Made by a program: the position numbers and the translations under genes. Shown piece by piece: positions 1 through 12,382 of a DNA stretch of 64,000 bases; positions within the stretch are counted from its first letter, which is position 1; each line of letters opens with the position of its first letter. This stretch comes from Octopus vulgaris (taxonomy: Eukaryota). The notes beneath the pieces were generated by a model that was not told the origin of the DNA, searched no databases, and saw nothing but the letters and a program-made list of their open reading frames with translations. The stretch spans positions 46,438,001 through 46,502,000 of the forward strand of contig OX597822.1 of assembly GCA_951406725.2 (NCBI GenBank), read 5' to 3'.

Positions 1-1
1 C

Positions 2-230
2 ATGCAGGGAGTGATCACTAGTGATGGCAACATTATGCCTCCATTCATCTTCCCACAAGACCTCAGACTCAACACAGAGGCCTATATTAAGTGCCTGGAG
101 GAGGTAGTCCTGCCCTGGGTGAAGAGGGTGGCTGCTGGAAGACCGACCCTGTGTCTGGCAACAGGACTCTGCACCATGCCACAAAGCAGGAGGATCGAGT
201 CATGGCTGTCAGACAATTTCTTCTACAAGA
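2..230 (+). mobile_element. Tc1/mariner (maT/DD37D-like) transposase fragment
   Basis: Reads GVITSDGNIMPPFIFPQDLRLNTEAYIKCLEEVVLPWVKRVAAGRP, then a frameshifted WQQDSAPCH motif. Same family as the element at 23243-24479. Confidence 0.8.
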
Positions 231-564
231 GACCCAGGCTGACTAAAGCCATGTGAGCGGATGTAGTAGACAAAAATGATGGAATCTCATCGAATATATG
301 TGTGTGTGTGTGTGTGTGTATGCATGCGTGGAACCCCAAAATACAACAATACTGCTGCATCAGCTTTTAAAAGTAAGTACTGGAGTTGGTTTGGTTGACT
401 AAACCCTTTAAAGTGGTGCCTGAGCATAACTGAGACCCAATGATTGAAACAAGTGAAAGATAAAAGATATTTGTAATTCAGAGTATCTATGTATACATAA
501 ACAACTACTATACATGGTATATAAATATGTAAATGTGTGTGTGCGTGTGCAAGAGAGAAGTCAG

Positions 565-815
565 ACATTAGATGCAGTGTCAATAGAGAAGACTGTAGTG
601 GTATGGTCAGGTAATATGTATGGATGAGGACAGCTGCATAAAGAAGAACCAGTCTCTAACTGTGAAGGGAGCCTGTGAAAGGGATAGACCCAAGAAGACA
701 TGGGATGAAGAAGTGAGAAATGATCTTCAGATTTTGAGCTTCAAAGAGGAGATGACAAGAGATTAAGATCTCTGACAATTTGCTGTGCTTGAGAAGACAT
801 GTCGAGCTAAGTAAA
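565..815 (+). mobile_element. RTE-clade LINE 3' ORF fragment (degenerate)
   Basis: Translates, with stops and frameshifts, to ...WYGQV..MDEDSCIKK..LTVKGACERDRPKKTWDEEVRNDLQ...AVLEKT, the typical RTE C-terminus. Confidence 0.75.
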
Positions 816-963
816 AATCATGGTCTCCTTCTCTCAGCTGGGAGGTCTTTGTCTGTAAAGTGGTTGGCATTAGGAAGGGCCAGGTGTGGTTCCTGGCCTT
901 GCCAGCCCCTGTCAAACCATCCAACCCTTGCCAGCATGGAAACCTAATGTTAAATGATGATAT

Positions 964-2545
964 AGTGACCGAGACCTATGGAAATATGCTGTGCGTGAGA
1001 AGACCCGGCAAGACGAGTCAGGCCATAACCCGTGGCCCCTACCTGGGACGTAGTCAGTCCACCTGTGCATACCTTCCTTCTTGTGACACTTGTGAAGACC
1101 TGTTGAGGCAAGTGAAAATCAAAATCAAATCAAAATAGATGAACATCAATGGAATTTGTATCTTTGTGGTACCAGTGCCGGTGGCACACAAGAAAACCAT
1201 CCGAACGTGGCCGTAGCCAGTACCGCATCGACTGGCCTCCGTGCTGTGGGCACGTAACAAACACCATCCGATCGTGGCCGTTCACCAGCCTCATCTGGCA
1301 CCTGTGTCGGTGGCACATAAAAACACCACCTGAAGATCCGGCAAGACTAGTCAGGCCATAACCCGTGGTCCCTACATGGGACGTAGTCAGTCCACCTGTG
1401 CATACCTTCCTTCTTGTGACACTTGTGAAGACCTGTTGAGGCAAGTGAAAATTAAATCTAAACAAATCAAAATAGATGAACATCAATGGAATTTGTATCT
1501 ATGTGGTACCAGCCTCATCTGGCACCTGTGTCGGTGGCACATAAAAACACCATCCGAAGACCCGGCAAGACTAGTCAGGCCATAACCCGTGGTCCCTACA
1601 TGGGACGTAGTCAGTCCACCTGTGCATACCTTCCTTCTTGTGACACTTGTGAAGACCTGTTGAGGCAAGTGAAAATCAAAATCAAATCAAAACAAATCAA
1701 AATAGATGAACATCAATGGAATTTGTATCTTTGTGGTACCAGTGCCGGTGGCACACAAGAAAACCATCCGAACGTGGCCGTAGCCAGTACCGCATCGACT
1801 GGCCTCCGTGCTGTGGGCACGTAACAAACACCATCTGATCGTGGCCGTTCGCCAGCCTCATCTGGCACCTGTGTCGGTGGCACATAAAAACACCATCCGA
1901 AGACCCGGCAAGACTAGTCAGGCCATAACCCGTGGCCCCTACCTGGGACGTAGTCAGTCCACCTGTGCATACCTTCCTTCTTGTGACACTTGTGAAGACC
2001 TGTTGAGGCAAGTGAAAATCAAAATCAAATCAAATCAAATCCAAACAAATCAAAATAGATGAACATCAATGGAATTTGTATCTTTGTGGTACCAGTGCCG
2101 GTGACATACAAGAAAACCATCTGAACGTGGCCGTAGCCAGTACCGCATCGACTGGCCTCCGTGCTGTGGGCACGTAACAAACACCATCCGATCGTGGCCG
2201 TTCACCAGCCTCATCTGGCACCTGTGTCGGTGGCACATAAAAACACCATCCGAGCGTGGCCGTCTGCCAGCCTCGTCTGGCACCTGTGTCGGTGGCACAT
2301 AAAAAAACACCATCCGAGCGTGGCCGTTCGCCAGCCTCGTCTGGCACCTGTGTCGGTGGCACATAAAATCACCCACTACACTCTTGGAGTGGTTGGCTTT
2401 AGGAAGGGCATCCAGCTGTAGAAACACTGCCAGATCTGACTGGCCTGGTGCAGCCTTCGGGCTCCCCAGACCCCAGTTGAACCGTCCAACCCATGCTAGC
2501 ATGGAAAGCGGACGTTAAATGATGATGATGATGATGATGATGATG
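964..2545 (+). mobile_element. Young RTE LINE 3' end with four internal tandem copies and a (GAT)n tail
   Basis: Begins with DRDLWKYAVREKTRQ (end of the RTE ORF). Units start at 999, 1332, 1556 and 1899, followed by about 58-60 bp subrepeats. It is CpG-rich and ends in the common tail ...GCATGGAAAGCGGACGTTAAAT(GAT)n. Confidence 0.8.
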
Positions 2546-2810
2546 AATTGCAGCATGGAAGGTGTTTATAAGCCATTTAAAAACACACAAAAAACGTTAG
2601 ATTCACTTCAACATTTTAATCTATGTCAAAATATTTTCATCGCTTTGAAACCCCAAATTTTGTCAGATGCAGCATGGAATTTTGTCAGTGAACAGGTTGC
2701 AGTTTCAAAGCAATGAAAATATTTTGACAAATTAAATTTAAATGTTGAAGTGAATCTAATGGGTTTTGTCTGTTTTTAAATGGCTTCTAAACACCTTCCA
2801 TGCTGCAATT
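2546..2810. repeat. Inverted repeat, arms about 105 bp
   Basis: AATTGCAGCATGGAAGGTGTTT...GCTTTGAAAC (2546-2651) versus GTTTCAAAGC...AAACACCTTCCATGCTGCAATT (2702-2810). Confidence 0.85.
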
Positions 2811-4041
2811 GTTTTTGTCTCAGAACATGATCTCAGATCAAATCACTTGCTATGCAAGTACATCTCCGTAATATATATTTATACATTAGAGATAGGTAGA
2901 TAGATAGATAGATACACAAGGCCACTGCTAGGGTTGCTGGCGCCCTAGGCCAAGTTGAATTTTAGTGTCTTTACATGCATAATTTATAAATGTTTTGACA
3001 AGGAGTAGAAACTGCAATTGTATTAATAAAATGTATATTACATTTTATTAAATGTAAAAATAAAATACATTATATTTATTGTCTTACAAGTGCAGGAGTG
3101 GCTGTGTGGCTAAGAAGTTTGCTTCTAAACTTCATGGTTTCTGGTTCAGACTCACCACATGGCACCTTGTGGCAAGTGTTTTCTACTATAGCCTTGAATG
3201 GATTTGGTAGATAGAAACAGAAAGAAGCCTGTTGTATATATATATGCATGTGTGTGTGTGTTTGTGTCACCCTGCCTTGACATCAAGTGATTATTGTAAA
3301 TGAATTCCAATATTCTGCAAAAACATGTCTGGCCATGGAGCAATATTACTTTGCTTCAAACAAAGTAAAGTTGGTAATAGGAATGGCATCTTGTAGAAAT
3401 TCTGCCTCAAAATAGCTGTCCAACCCATGTGATGAGGATGAAGATTATTATTATCTCCATATTTTTCTCATAGCATCTCTAAGTTTAAATATTCTAAACA
3501 CATTACCCAGGACCCCCAGTGCATCAAGTGCTCCAGATGACTGCCCAAGTTGCAGACACCTTCAGCAGGCCCTCTGCGCAGATAGTTGCACATCAAAACA
3601 TCTGACCCTAAATTACTTAGATAACCTCATGTCACACACACACACACATACCCTACTCCATGCACACATACTCTATGCACATCTTACACACACTGGTGTG
3701 TATATAAGATGTGTTTATCTGTGAATGTTGGTCTGTAAATATTGTATAAACATGTGTCACTATGTGTGTGTGTGTGTGTGTAGAAATACACATAGTGACA
3801 CATGCATCTCACCGCTAAAAAAAACTTACACATACTAATCACATACAATAACGTACGCACACACGTACATACAGAGACAAACAACCGTTAAAAAGCCTAC
3901 ACATGCAAATCTCATAGAGTGATACACACACATATCTACATATAGTGACATATACGTGTTGCAAATTATTAGAACACACACTGGTGAATGAGAGAAGAGA
4001 TAACTAACAGCAACACACGCTCGCTCAACAACACCGCCAAA

Positions 4042-4051
4042 GTCACGTGAC
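4042..4051. promoter_or_regulatory. Palindromic CLEAR-type E-box GTCACGTGAC
   Basis: Perfect 10-bp palindrome 14 nt upstream of the ATG, in a locally CpG-retaining, non-repetitive region. Confidence 0.55.
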
Positions 4052-4065
4052 AACTAGTTTCAAAA

Positions 4066-4180
4066 ATGGCGTTTCTTTCACGATGTTTTTACCGTCGGAA
4101 GAGGATCATTGTCATACTGAGCTTCGTGTCCATGTTCTGGGTCATCTACCTCTACTTATCTATTCCTTCACCGACAACAG
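4066..4180 (+). CDS. Exon 1 of DUF4773-like type II membrane protein (cytosolic tail plus signal anchor)
   Basis: Start context CAAAAATGG. Reads MAFLSRCFYRRKRIIVILSFVSMFWVIYLYLSIPSPTT. Donor AG|GTAAGC at 4180/4181 is phase 1, matching the exon 2 acceptor. The link across a 31-kb intron is inferred from phase and topology. Confidence 0.75.
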
Positions 4181-6159
4181 GTAAGCAGTGTGTCAAATAC
4201 TGTACGCTTGTGAGGTGAAATTAAACGGAAAACAACACAAACACACACATATCTATGCAATCATCTTCAAGCCAACCACTTCGATTGTATGTATGTCTGA
4301 GTGCTCGCTCCTGATATTTATCCGTTGCTTCTGATTTCAGCTTTAATTTCACCTCGTGTACTTTGACATTTTCCCTCTCTCTGTGGCGAATAGCTATGTT
4401 CTACTTGGATGTTTCTTCTTTTATCTCTAATATATTTTTCTTTGACGTCTTGTCACAACATCAAAAAGCCACTTTTGTGTCCGTGTGTGTGTGTGTATTG
4501 GATGGATGGATTCGCCATTCATTCATTCCTGTAGAGGACCGGACTAAATGCTTTTACTTTGTTTAGCTCTCTCTCTCTGTCTGCCTGTCTGTCTCTCTCT
4601 CGAGTTCAAATCGCAACGGAGTAGACTGTTTCATCTTTCCAGGTTCGATAATAGGCAGAAATCGATTGATAAGGATTCACCTCATTGAATTGTCCTTGTG
4701 CTTTCTCAAAAGGAATTACTGTGCATACTCATACGTGACTGTATGTGTATGCAAGAAAATTTGCGCGTGAAATACACACGCATGTATGTATTTATGTATG
4801 TAATCATTGCATCGCACCAATCTGCGGCCGAAAATTTCTTCTTGGGGAAATTCACACCTGCTTCCATCTTTTAATCGAATTCCCAAATATTCCACTAGTA
4901 ACAAGTTGTGAAGTGTCGTAGGCTACACACCTTTGTAGCTTTTGAAGATGTCTGTCAAGCTATTTATACATCATCATATTTAGTCTTGGAGTCGATCATG
5001 TCCAGTAAGCGGACAAAAATCTAGCGTATATCGAGTGATGCGTATATATACAAACACGCACACAGACATACATACATACACACACACACACACATGTGCC
5101 AATAGGCTACTTTTAATGGCAAATTAATATGGCTCTGAAAACCTGAATGAAATCAATACGAGGAATTTAGTTCAAGCGCGCTATGTTGGTATTTCAGCTA
5201 CATAATTTGCAAGGTGCCGCCTTCGAAAAATATCTCTAATTCTTCTGAATCACTGTGCTTGACTCCGATTTCTAATGCGTTAATTGAATGAAGTACAATT
5301 ATCTTTCTTGGATAGAATGCCAGTCTGTAGCAGATGACATATCTTTCAAGAATTGGCACACATTCTCGATATTTCGGCGGCAGCCTGACGCATGTAGTAC
5401 GAAGGGCAATCCCCCAAATTTCGCTTCCAGCCATCAGCTTTCCAATGTGTATTTCTTGTGGTGTTATCTTCCCCTTTCTTCGAATGTCCTGCTGAAGGAA
5501 TTCAGTAACGTTTGCATGGAGTGTGAATTCTAGACGAGTAAATTTATTCACTCAGATATGTTACCCCTGACTTGTTTGGTCAGTAGAGACTGTCGTTATA
5601 TTAGAGAGGCTTGAAGTTGATGTTTTTTTAGCCACATATCAGAACTAATAAAGCAGATGTATGATAAACATACGTTCTCCAACTTTATTATCATATCTGT
5701 ATTTTCTACATTACCTGATGTGTACTTCGTTTTGTTTTGTTTTTTAAAAAAAATTTAAGATGGGAAGATCTGATTTAAATAAAATCACACCTTACCTTCT
5801 TAAAAGACAAAACTATGTACACGTTCGATAATGTAGAAAATACATTATCTGTTTGTGCTTGCAAAAACACCAGGTGTCCAGTACAAACCTATATTTCGTA
5901 TGGGTAGAATCTGTTATAATTGTGTGTTGGTAAACTGGATTATTTCCACATAACCTAATAACGTGTTTAATAACACAATTATTTGTAATGTGTGTGTGTT
6001 GAAATTATTTCTGAACTAGTTTAAGAATAATAATGTTAGCAATTACTGATGGAACAACTTAATGCTAAGAATATAATAAATGTAAAGCGGCGTGTTTACC
6101 GGGGGGGGGGGGGGGCTTTAATACACACATTCACAAACAAATATATATATATATATTAT

Positions 6160-6400
6160 TAGGTTGTCCGTCGTTATCGACGATGATCAAGGACATTACA
6201 CGGGTGATAAAGACAGGGCATGGTGTGTTAGTCCGTTGCGTGCTTGGAAGGTTCTGCTGCAGTTCGGGCACTGGTGGTTTGTTGGGGCTGGACTTGAGTT
6301 GACTCTGGACTTGAGTAGTTCTTGTGTTCGTTATACTCCTACAAACCTGTTCCGTTTGTAGGAAGTGGCGCCTCTGTTCGATCTTGCGCTATATATGTCG
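6160..6400 (-). mobile_element. RTE-type LINE 3' end with C-terminal zinc-finger motif
   Basis: Minus strand reads ...AQDRT... and HQCPNCSRTFQARNGLTHH, followed by a short tail. Confidence 0.65.
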
Positions 6401-6536
6401 AACCCACAAGTGTAACCAAGAGAGACAGAGACAGGCAGAAACAAGGAAAATGCCCCTTGTATTTAAATACTATGCAAATATTCTTTTTAAAAACTTTTCA
6501 TTTAACTTTTCCAAAATTTATTGTTTTCCATGCTTA

Positions 6537-6572
6537 CAGTTGAAGAAGTCTCAATGACTGAAACCGGTACTG
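6537..6572 (+). ncRNA. Minimal type I hammerhead ribozyme motif
   Basis: CAG (stem I) TTGAAGA (core, C3U) AGTC-tcaat-GACT (stem II) GAA ACCGGT (palindromic stem III) A^ CTG (stem I'). Confidence 0.6.
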
Positions 6573-6621
6573 AAATTTTTTTTATAAAATTATTTTAGCA
6601 TTTTCTACCTTGAATTTTTTT

Positions 6622-6671
<50 letters not shown>

Positions 6672-7079
6672 ACTCGTGTGTTCCTTTCCAACCTTCTACA
6701 CACACACGCATTTAAAGAGAGAGGGAGAAAGATTGAAGATGGTCCACCTAAGGTCTATATCTGAATAAGTACACTGCTCATTGAGTACTTCCTTAAGTAG
6801 TTTTCTTGATTGTTTTGGTACAGATTACGATACATACACATGTATACATACATGCATGTGTTAATACATACACATCAACATGCATATAAATGTGTACATA
6901 CATGTGTCCAAAGTTCAACTGTTTTCTATTAGTACTATATTTTTATGAAAATATTTCTCTTTTGGTTTTGTAAGAGTTCTTTGCAGTTTGTCCGGAACAG
7001 CAGAATCGATCCTTAACATTTCTATAGCCTTATAGTCGCATCTTCAGGATGAAGTGATGTTGGAGTGTGTTAGTGTTTC

Positions 7080-7277
7080 GGCATAACTACAGATGTATAC
7101 CTCCCCCTGAATTTGTTGCCTCATAACTTCCAGAAAAATGGATACTTTTTAACAAAACTTTCAACAAACAATTGCTTAGATCCTGTAGATTGGGTGTATG
7201 TAAAGATTTGTTGGAAAAAAATTTTCTGGAAGTTATGAGGCAACAAAGACAGCGGTGTATACATCTGTAGTTATGCC
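7080..7277. mobile_element. MITE with 21-bp TIRs and 8-bp TSD
   Basis: TIR GGCATAACTACAGATGTATAC / GTATACATCTGTAGTTATGCC, an internal 26-bp inverted repeat, and TSD AGTGTTTC at 7072-7079 and 7278-7285. Confidence 0.9.
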
Positions 7278-7599
7278 AGTGTTTCCTTATAATAGTCAGT
7301 ACCAATGTTGTTTGCTCCTTGCCTGGCTCATAAGGGCTAGTTTCCTTGGCATATAGGTTCCCCACCTGGACGGGACGCCAGTCCATCATAGGTGAGCTGC
7401 TAGATGCAGGAGGAAAGAGTGAGAGAAAGTTGTGGTGAAAGAGTCAGCAGAAGTTCACCATTACCTTCTGCCAGAGCTATGTGGAGCTTAAGTGTTTCAC
7501 TCATAAACACACACAGGATTCAGTCTCACTCTGTGGCACCTCGGTCAAGTATCTACTACTTTAACCCTGACCAACTAATGTTTTTATGTGTTTTTACAT

Positions 7600-8360
7600 G
7601 TTACTGGCTTTTAACAGGCCAGTTACACAACACCGGCATCAGCCACAACTATAATCTCACTTGGCTTGATGGGTCCTCTCAAGCACGGCATATCACCAAA
7701 GGTCTTGGTCACTTGTCATTGCCTCTGTGAGGTCCAACATTCAAAGATTGTGCTTCACCACCTCATCTAATGTCTTCCTGGGTCTACCTCGTCCACAAGC
7801 TCCCTTCACCATTAGAGTATGACACTTCTTCACACAACTGTCCTCATCCATATGCATCACATGACCATACCAGTGCAGTCGTCTCTCTTGCACACCACAT
7901 CTGATGCTTCTTATGCCCAAATTTTCTCTCTGGATGCTTACACCCTGTCATTTATGCACACTGACATTACACATCCTGCAAAACATACTAGCTTCATTTC
8001 TTTCAAGTGTATGCATGTCCTCAGCAGTCACAGCCCATGTTTCATTGCCATGTAGCATGGCTGTTCACACACAGGCATCATACAGTCTGCCTTTCATTCT
8101 GAGAAAGAGGCCCTTTATTTCCAGCAGAGGTAGGAACTCTCTGAACTTTACCTAGCCTATTCTTATTCTAGTAGCTATGCTCTTGGAGCATCCACCCCTG
8201 CTACTGACTTGGTCACCTAGGTAACAGAAGCTATCAACTACTTCTAGTCACCCCCACCTCTGGCATGTGATGGAATCTATTTTCTGTGCATTTTTAGTGT
8301 TAATTGTACCTGTGCACCTTCCACACACAAAAACTATCTTCCCTGTTAACCTTCCTCTGA
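7600..8360 (-). mobile_element. RTE-clade LINE 3' fragment
   Basis: Minus strand: YLGDQVSSRGGCSKSIATRIRIG..KFREFLPLL..KGRLYDACV..AMLHGNETWAVTAED...ERRLHWYGHVMHMDEDSCVKKC...GRGRPRKT, with stops. Confidence 0.85.
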
Positions 8361-8760
8361 TCATCATCGTCATTTAAAATCCGCTTTCCATGCTGGCATG
8401 GGTTGGACAGCTTAACTGAGGACTGGTGAGCCAGAAGGCTGCACCAGGCTCCAGTCTGATCTGGCAAAGTTTCTACAACTGAATGCCCTTCTTAATGCCA
8501 ACCACTCTGAGAGTGTAGTGGGTGCTTTTATGCACCACCAGCACAAGGGCCAGTCAGGTGGTTCTGACAATGACCATGCTCAAAAGGTGTTTTTTACGTG
8601 CTACCTGCATGGGAGCCAGTTAGCGGCCCTGGCAACAATCATGCTTGGGTGGTGCTTTCAACGTTCCACTGGCACGAGTGCCAATTGGGCAGTATTGTCA
8701 TTGGCCATGTCAGTGATTTTGATTTTGATTTCACTTGCCTCAAAAGGTCTTCGCAAAAAA
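8360..8760 (-). mobile_element. RTE 3'-UTR/tail repeat with (CAT)n end
   Basis: Reverse complement of the tail at 2375-2545. Related copies at about 26560-26980(-), 27190-27543(+), 39060-39550(-), 42920-43210(-) and 44620-44805(+). Confidence 0.75.
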
Positions 8761-9002
8761 ATATACATGCACAAACACCTCATCACCATTATTTTATGTC
8801 TGCTTTCCAAGAGCATGTGGTTGGGAAGCAAACTTCTTACCACACAGCCATGCTTACACAGACACACACACATAAAAAGCACCCAGCACACTCTGTTAAG
8901 TAGTTGGCATTAGGAAGGGCATCCAGCCACAGAAACCATGTCTAACCCATGCCAGCATGGAAAACAGACATTAAACAATGATGACGATGATGATGATATA
9001 TA

Positions 9003-9390
9003 AGCATAGGAGTGGCTGTGTGGTAAGTAGCTTACTTACCAATCACATGGTTCTGAGACTGACACCTTGGGCAAGTGTCTTCTACTATCGCCTTGGGCTG
9101 ACCAAAGTCTTGTGAGTGGATTTGGTAGATGGAAACTGAAAGAAGCCTGTTGTATATATATATGTGTGTGTTTGTGTGTGTGTATATTTTTGTGTATTTG
9201 TCCCCTCCCCCCAACATCGCTTGACAACCGATGCTGGTGTGTCCCTGTAACCTAGTGGATTGACAAAGATTGATGGAATAAGTACTAGGCTTACAAAGAA
9301 TAAGTCTTGGGGTTGATTTGCTCGACTAAGGCGGTGCTCCAGCATGGCCACAATGAAATGACTGAAACAAGTAAATGAATAAAAGAATAT
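9003..9390 (+). mobile_element. tRNA-derived SINE, family A
   Basis: A-box-like TGGCTGTGTGG head, CCTTGGGCAAGTGTCTTCTACTAT body, internal (TA/TG)n tract and ...CAGCATGGCC...ATGACTGAAACAAG tail. Many copies across the window. Confidence 0.85.
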
Positions 9391-11384
9391 AAGAATATAT
9401 ATATATATATATCTTTTATCTTTCACTTGTTTCAGTTATTAGGTTGTGGCCAAGCAGGGGCACTGCCTTGAAGAATTTTCAGTCAAATGATTGAGCCTAG
9501 TGTTTTCTTTTTTTAAAGCCTGGTTACTTATTCTGTCGGTCTCTTTTACCGAACCGTTAAGTTATGGGGATGTAAACACACCAGTACCGGTTGTCAAGTG
9601 GTTGGGGGACAAACACAGACATGATAAATATATCAAACTGAGTTCCACTTAACTTAGCAAATGATTTGATCTGGAACCATATGTTTAAATGTAAGGCAAT
9701 TATGTTGTTAAACAGTCATTTAAGAATACACAAAATTCCTTTATTGTCTATTCACAAAAGTACAGTCTATTATGAAGTGTCAAAATAATTTATGGCATGT
9801 CTGACACAAATCTACTTTATCTCATTTTTGTTAACTACTCCTTCTCACAACTTTACTCTGACTGTCTTGCCAGACATTTATGTCTGTAAAGTATAATCCC
9901 TTATGAGGGCTTGAAAAATGTTTGTGGCATTTTTGCAACTGATCACTGTTACAATTGCATTTCCTCTGATGGAAATCATTTTACAGGCTGGCTTATTTTT
10001 CATTCCTCTTTCTCCTCTTATTTTCTTAGTTACTTTTACATTTAAGCATGTCAGGATATCATCATCATCACCATCATCATTTATCATCTGTTTTCCATGC
10101 TGGCATGTATTAGATTGTTTGACTGGAACTAGTAAGTTCCAGCAAGTTCCAGTCTGACTGGATGCCCTTCCTAATGCCAACCAGTCCAAGTGTGTAATGG
10201 GTGCTTTATACATGCCAGTTACATGACACCAGCATCAACTGCAACTATGATTTCACTTGGCTTGATGAGTGTTCTCAATCACAGCAAATTATCAATGTAA
10301 TACGTAATCAGGCTAATATATATATAATTAGTACATGACTAGTTCTACGAGCAAATTCAATAATTGCTTCATTGAAATATATCTACCTAACTCAACTACC
10401 TGTGTCATGTTTGTTTTCATCACTATCCTTTACATTCACACATTATTCTCAGCAGCTTTTTGCAGTTGATGCCACCAAAATTAACAATATTATCATTTTA
10501 AAAGATGTGAAATTGCGATGATTTTTGAAGACAACTGATGAGGAAAGAGCATGTCCGTGTCTTGTGTGTAAATTTTCCGTTTCTTCCTTTGTCATCCTTC
10601 TGTGCAATGTTTGATTATATACATTTAGTGTCTGTATACCTTGCTGGTATAGAGTGAATGGTTTGAAAGGGTCTAACAGGTCAAAGGGCTATGTCAAGCC
10701 CTTATATCTGCTTTGGGCTGAATGCCCTTCCTTAATCCCAGTCGCTTTACAGAGTGTTCTGGGTGCTTTTTCATACCAGTGGCACTAGAGAGGTCATCAA
10801 GTAGCTTAATCTCTTGACAAAGTGAGGATGCAGTATTGAGGGAGGTGATTTATGGCAAGTATTGAGAGGCAAGAGCATGACTGAGGGACAGGAACTGGTG
10901 TCTCACTGTTGAATAGATGCATGGCTACCCCAGCTGGAAAAGGAGAGAAGAAGATGCTGGTGATGAGGTGTCAGAGCGTATCCTCAAGGTACAAGTGAGT
11001 GAATATATAAATATATACACCAGTCAGTATGATACCATTGGTTTCATGTGGATGTATTTGCAGTTATTGAATCATAGTTTGAATAATGGTGATAATTCTG
11101 CCCTTTTTAGTCATCAGTACAATACAAGATGACATGAGATCACAATTGATAGAAAACAAAGGAACTGGACAAAGTAAGTGAAGGGAAGGCAATCATAGAG
11201 GTACTGTAATATTGATTTCTTCCTTTGTAATATTAAAAGGATGTTCAGGGAACACTCTTGTGTTGACAGGTAGGTGTTTAGGCCTGATAATCAATAACTA
11301 ATAACCCAAATGATACATAATTATACAATCAGTATATTATTGGACTATTTTGTAGTGAAATAGATACTGGTAGAATTCTATGTA

Positions 11385-12382
11385 CCATAAAAACCCATGT
11401 AATTTGTGCACTTGTATAATTTACGCAGGTGATTTTCAGGATAAAATTTGTTTAAAAAAAAGCTTCTACTCATGTAAAATTCACACCCATGTTTTCAGAA
11501 TTGCTGATATAGCCAGGGGGAAAAGGTTTTCAGTTTAGTTGTATTTAGCATAATTTCACTTACTTATGATTAGATTTTATTAAATTTTCATTAAATAAAA
11601 ATAATTTCTGTATCACATTGAAAGCTATTAAATTACAAGCTGTTGTTTATAATAAACTTTATTTTACATTTCTTGCCCACAAGAGATTATGTCCGATCTT
11701 TAGCATACTGCTGTATGTCTTCTCACGGGAAAAGTTGTTGATGAGAATTACCAACAAAAACAAAGCTGATAAATATGCACAGGCGTTGCAAATTAAGTTT
11801 AATTACCAATAAACATCAACTTGGATGACACTTTACTTAACCAACAGAGGAAGGTGACCAATCAGACTGTAAACAGAATTCTTTGCCGCCTATTTTCATT
11901 GGGACCTTTGATACGGAGAATCGAAATTTTAATCCATTTCACTCTTATAAAATGTCAATCAAACTTTAAAATTTATCATCACCATTATTGTCAGTATGGG
12001 CGGAACTTATGAATCATTTACTGCGAAGGAGAAATTAAATATGTACTCCATTGTGATAGATAGAAACTCCAAGCAATGTAAAATATTGCCTGGATTGTGC
12101 TTACCAGCATGAACATCAGACTTGAAAAACTAGTAAACTTATACAGAAAAGTAAGCATTATACCGTCCTGCATAAATAGAAGTCAACTTCATTATGCGTA
12201 TTTAAGCCATTATTTTTTCTGTAAAAACATATTCTGACACTGAGTCAAATTCCAGTACAAATGTTTACAATTTGCATGTTTTTTTACAACAAAAAAAATT
12301 TCAAAACAAATTCTGGAAACGATCTACTCGTGTAATTTGCACAAAAAAGTGCAATATACTGTAAAAACGTGGGTTTTTACAG
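11385..12382 (+). mobile_element. Non-autonomous pogo-like DNA transposon, copy 1
   Basis: TA|CCATAAAAACCCATG ... GGGTTTTTACAG|TA. Collinear with 56943-58503 but lacks the HTH-coding segment. Confidence 0.75.

Noticed and set aside
999-2365. CRISPR-like repeat/spacer appearance
   Set aside because: Whole units repeat with no unique spacers, there are no cas genes, and the context is eukaryotic.
860-2502. Repeated Cys/His-rich ORFs (…STCAYLPSCDTCEDLLRQ…)
   Set aside because: Translations of the tandemly repeated RTE 3' UTR; no splice or protein-family support.
5198-5551. 117-aa minus-strand ORF in a CpG-retaining segment
   Set aside because: No motif I can identify; may be an old transposon fragment, but I cannot support a call.
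7008-7050. Minus-strand CTGAAGA...GAAATGTT hammerhead-like motif
   Set aside because: Stems I and II do not pair in register; at best a heavily decayed copy.
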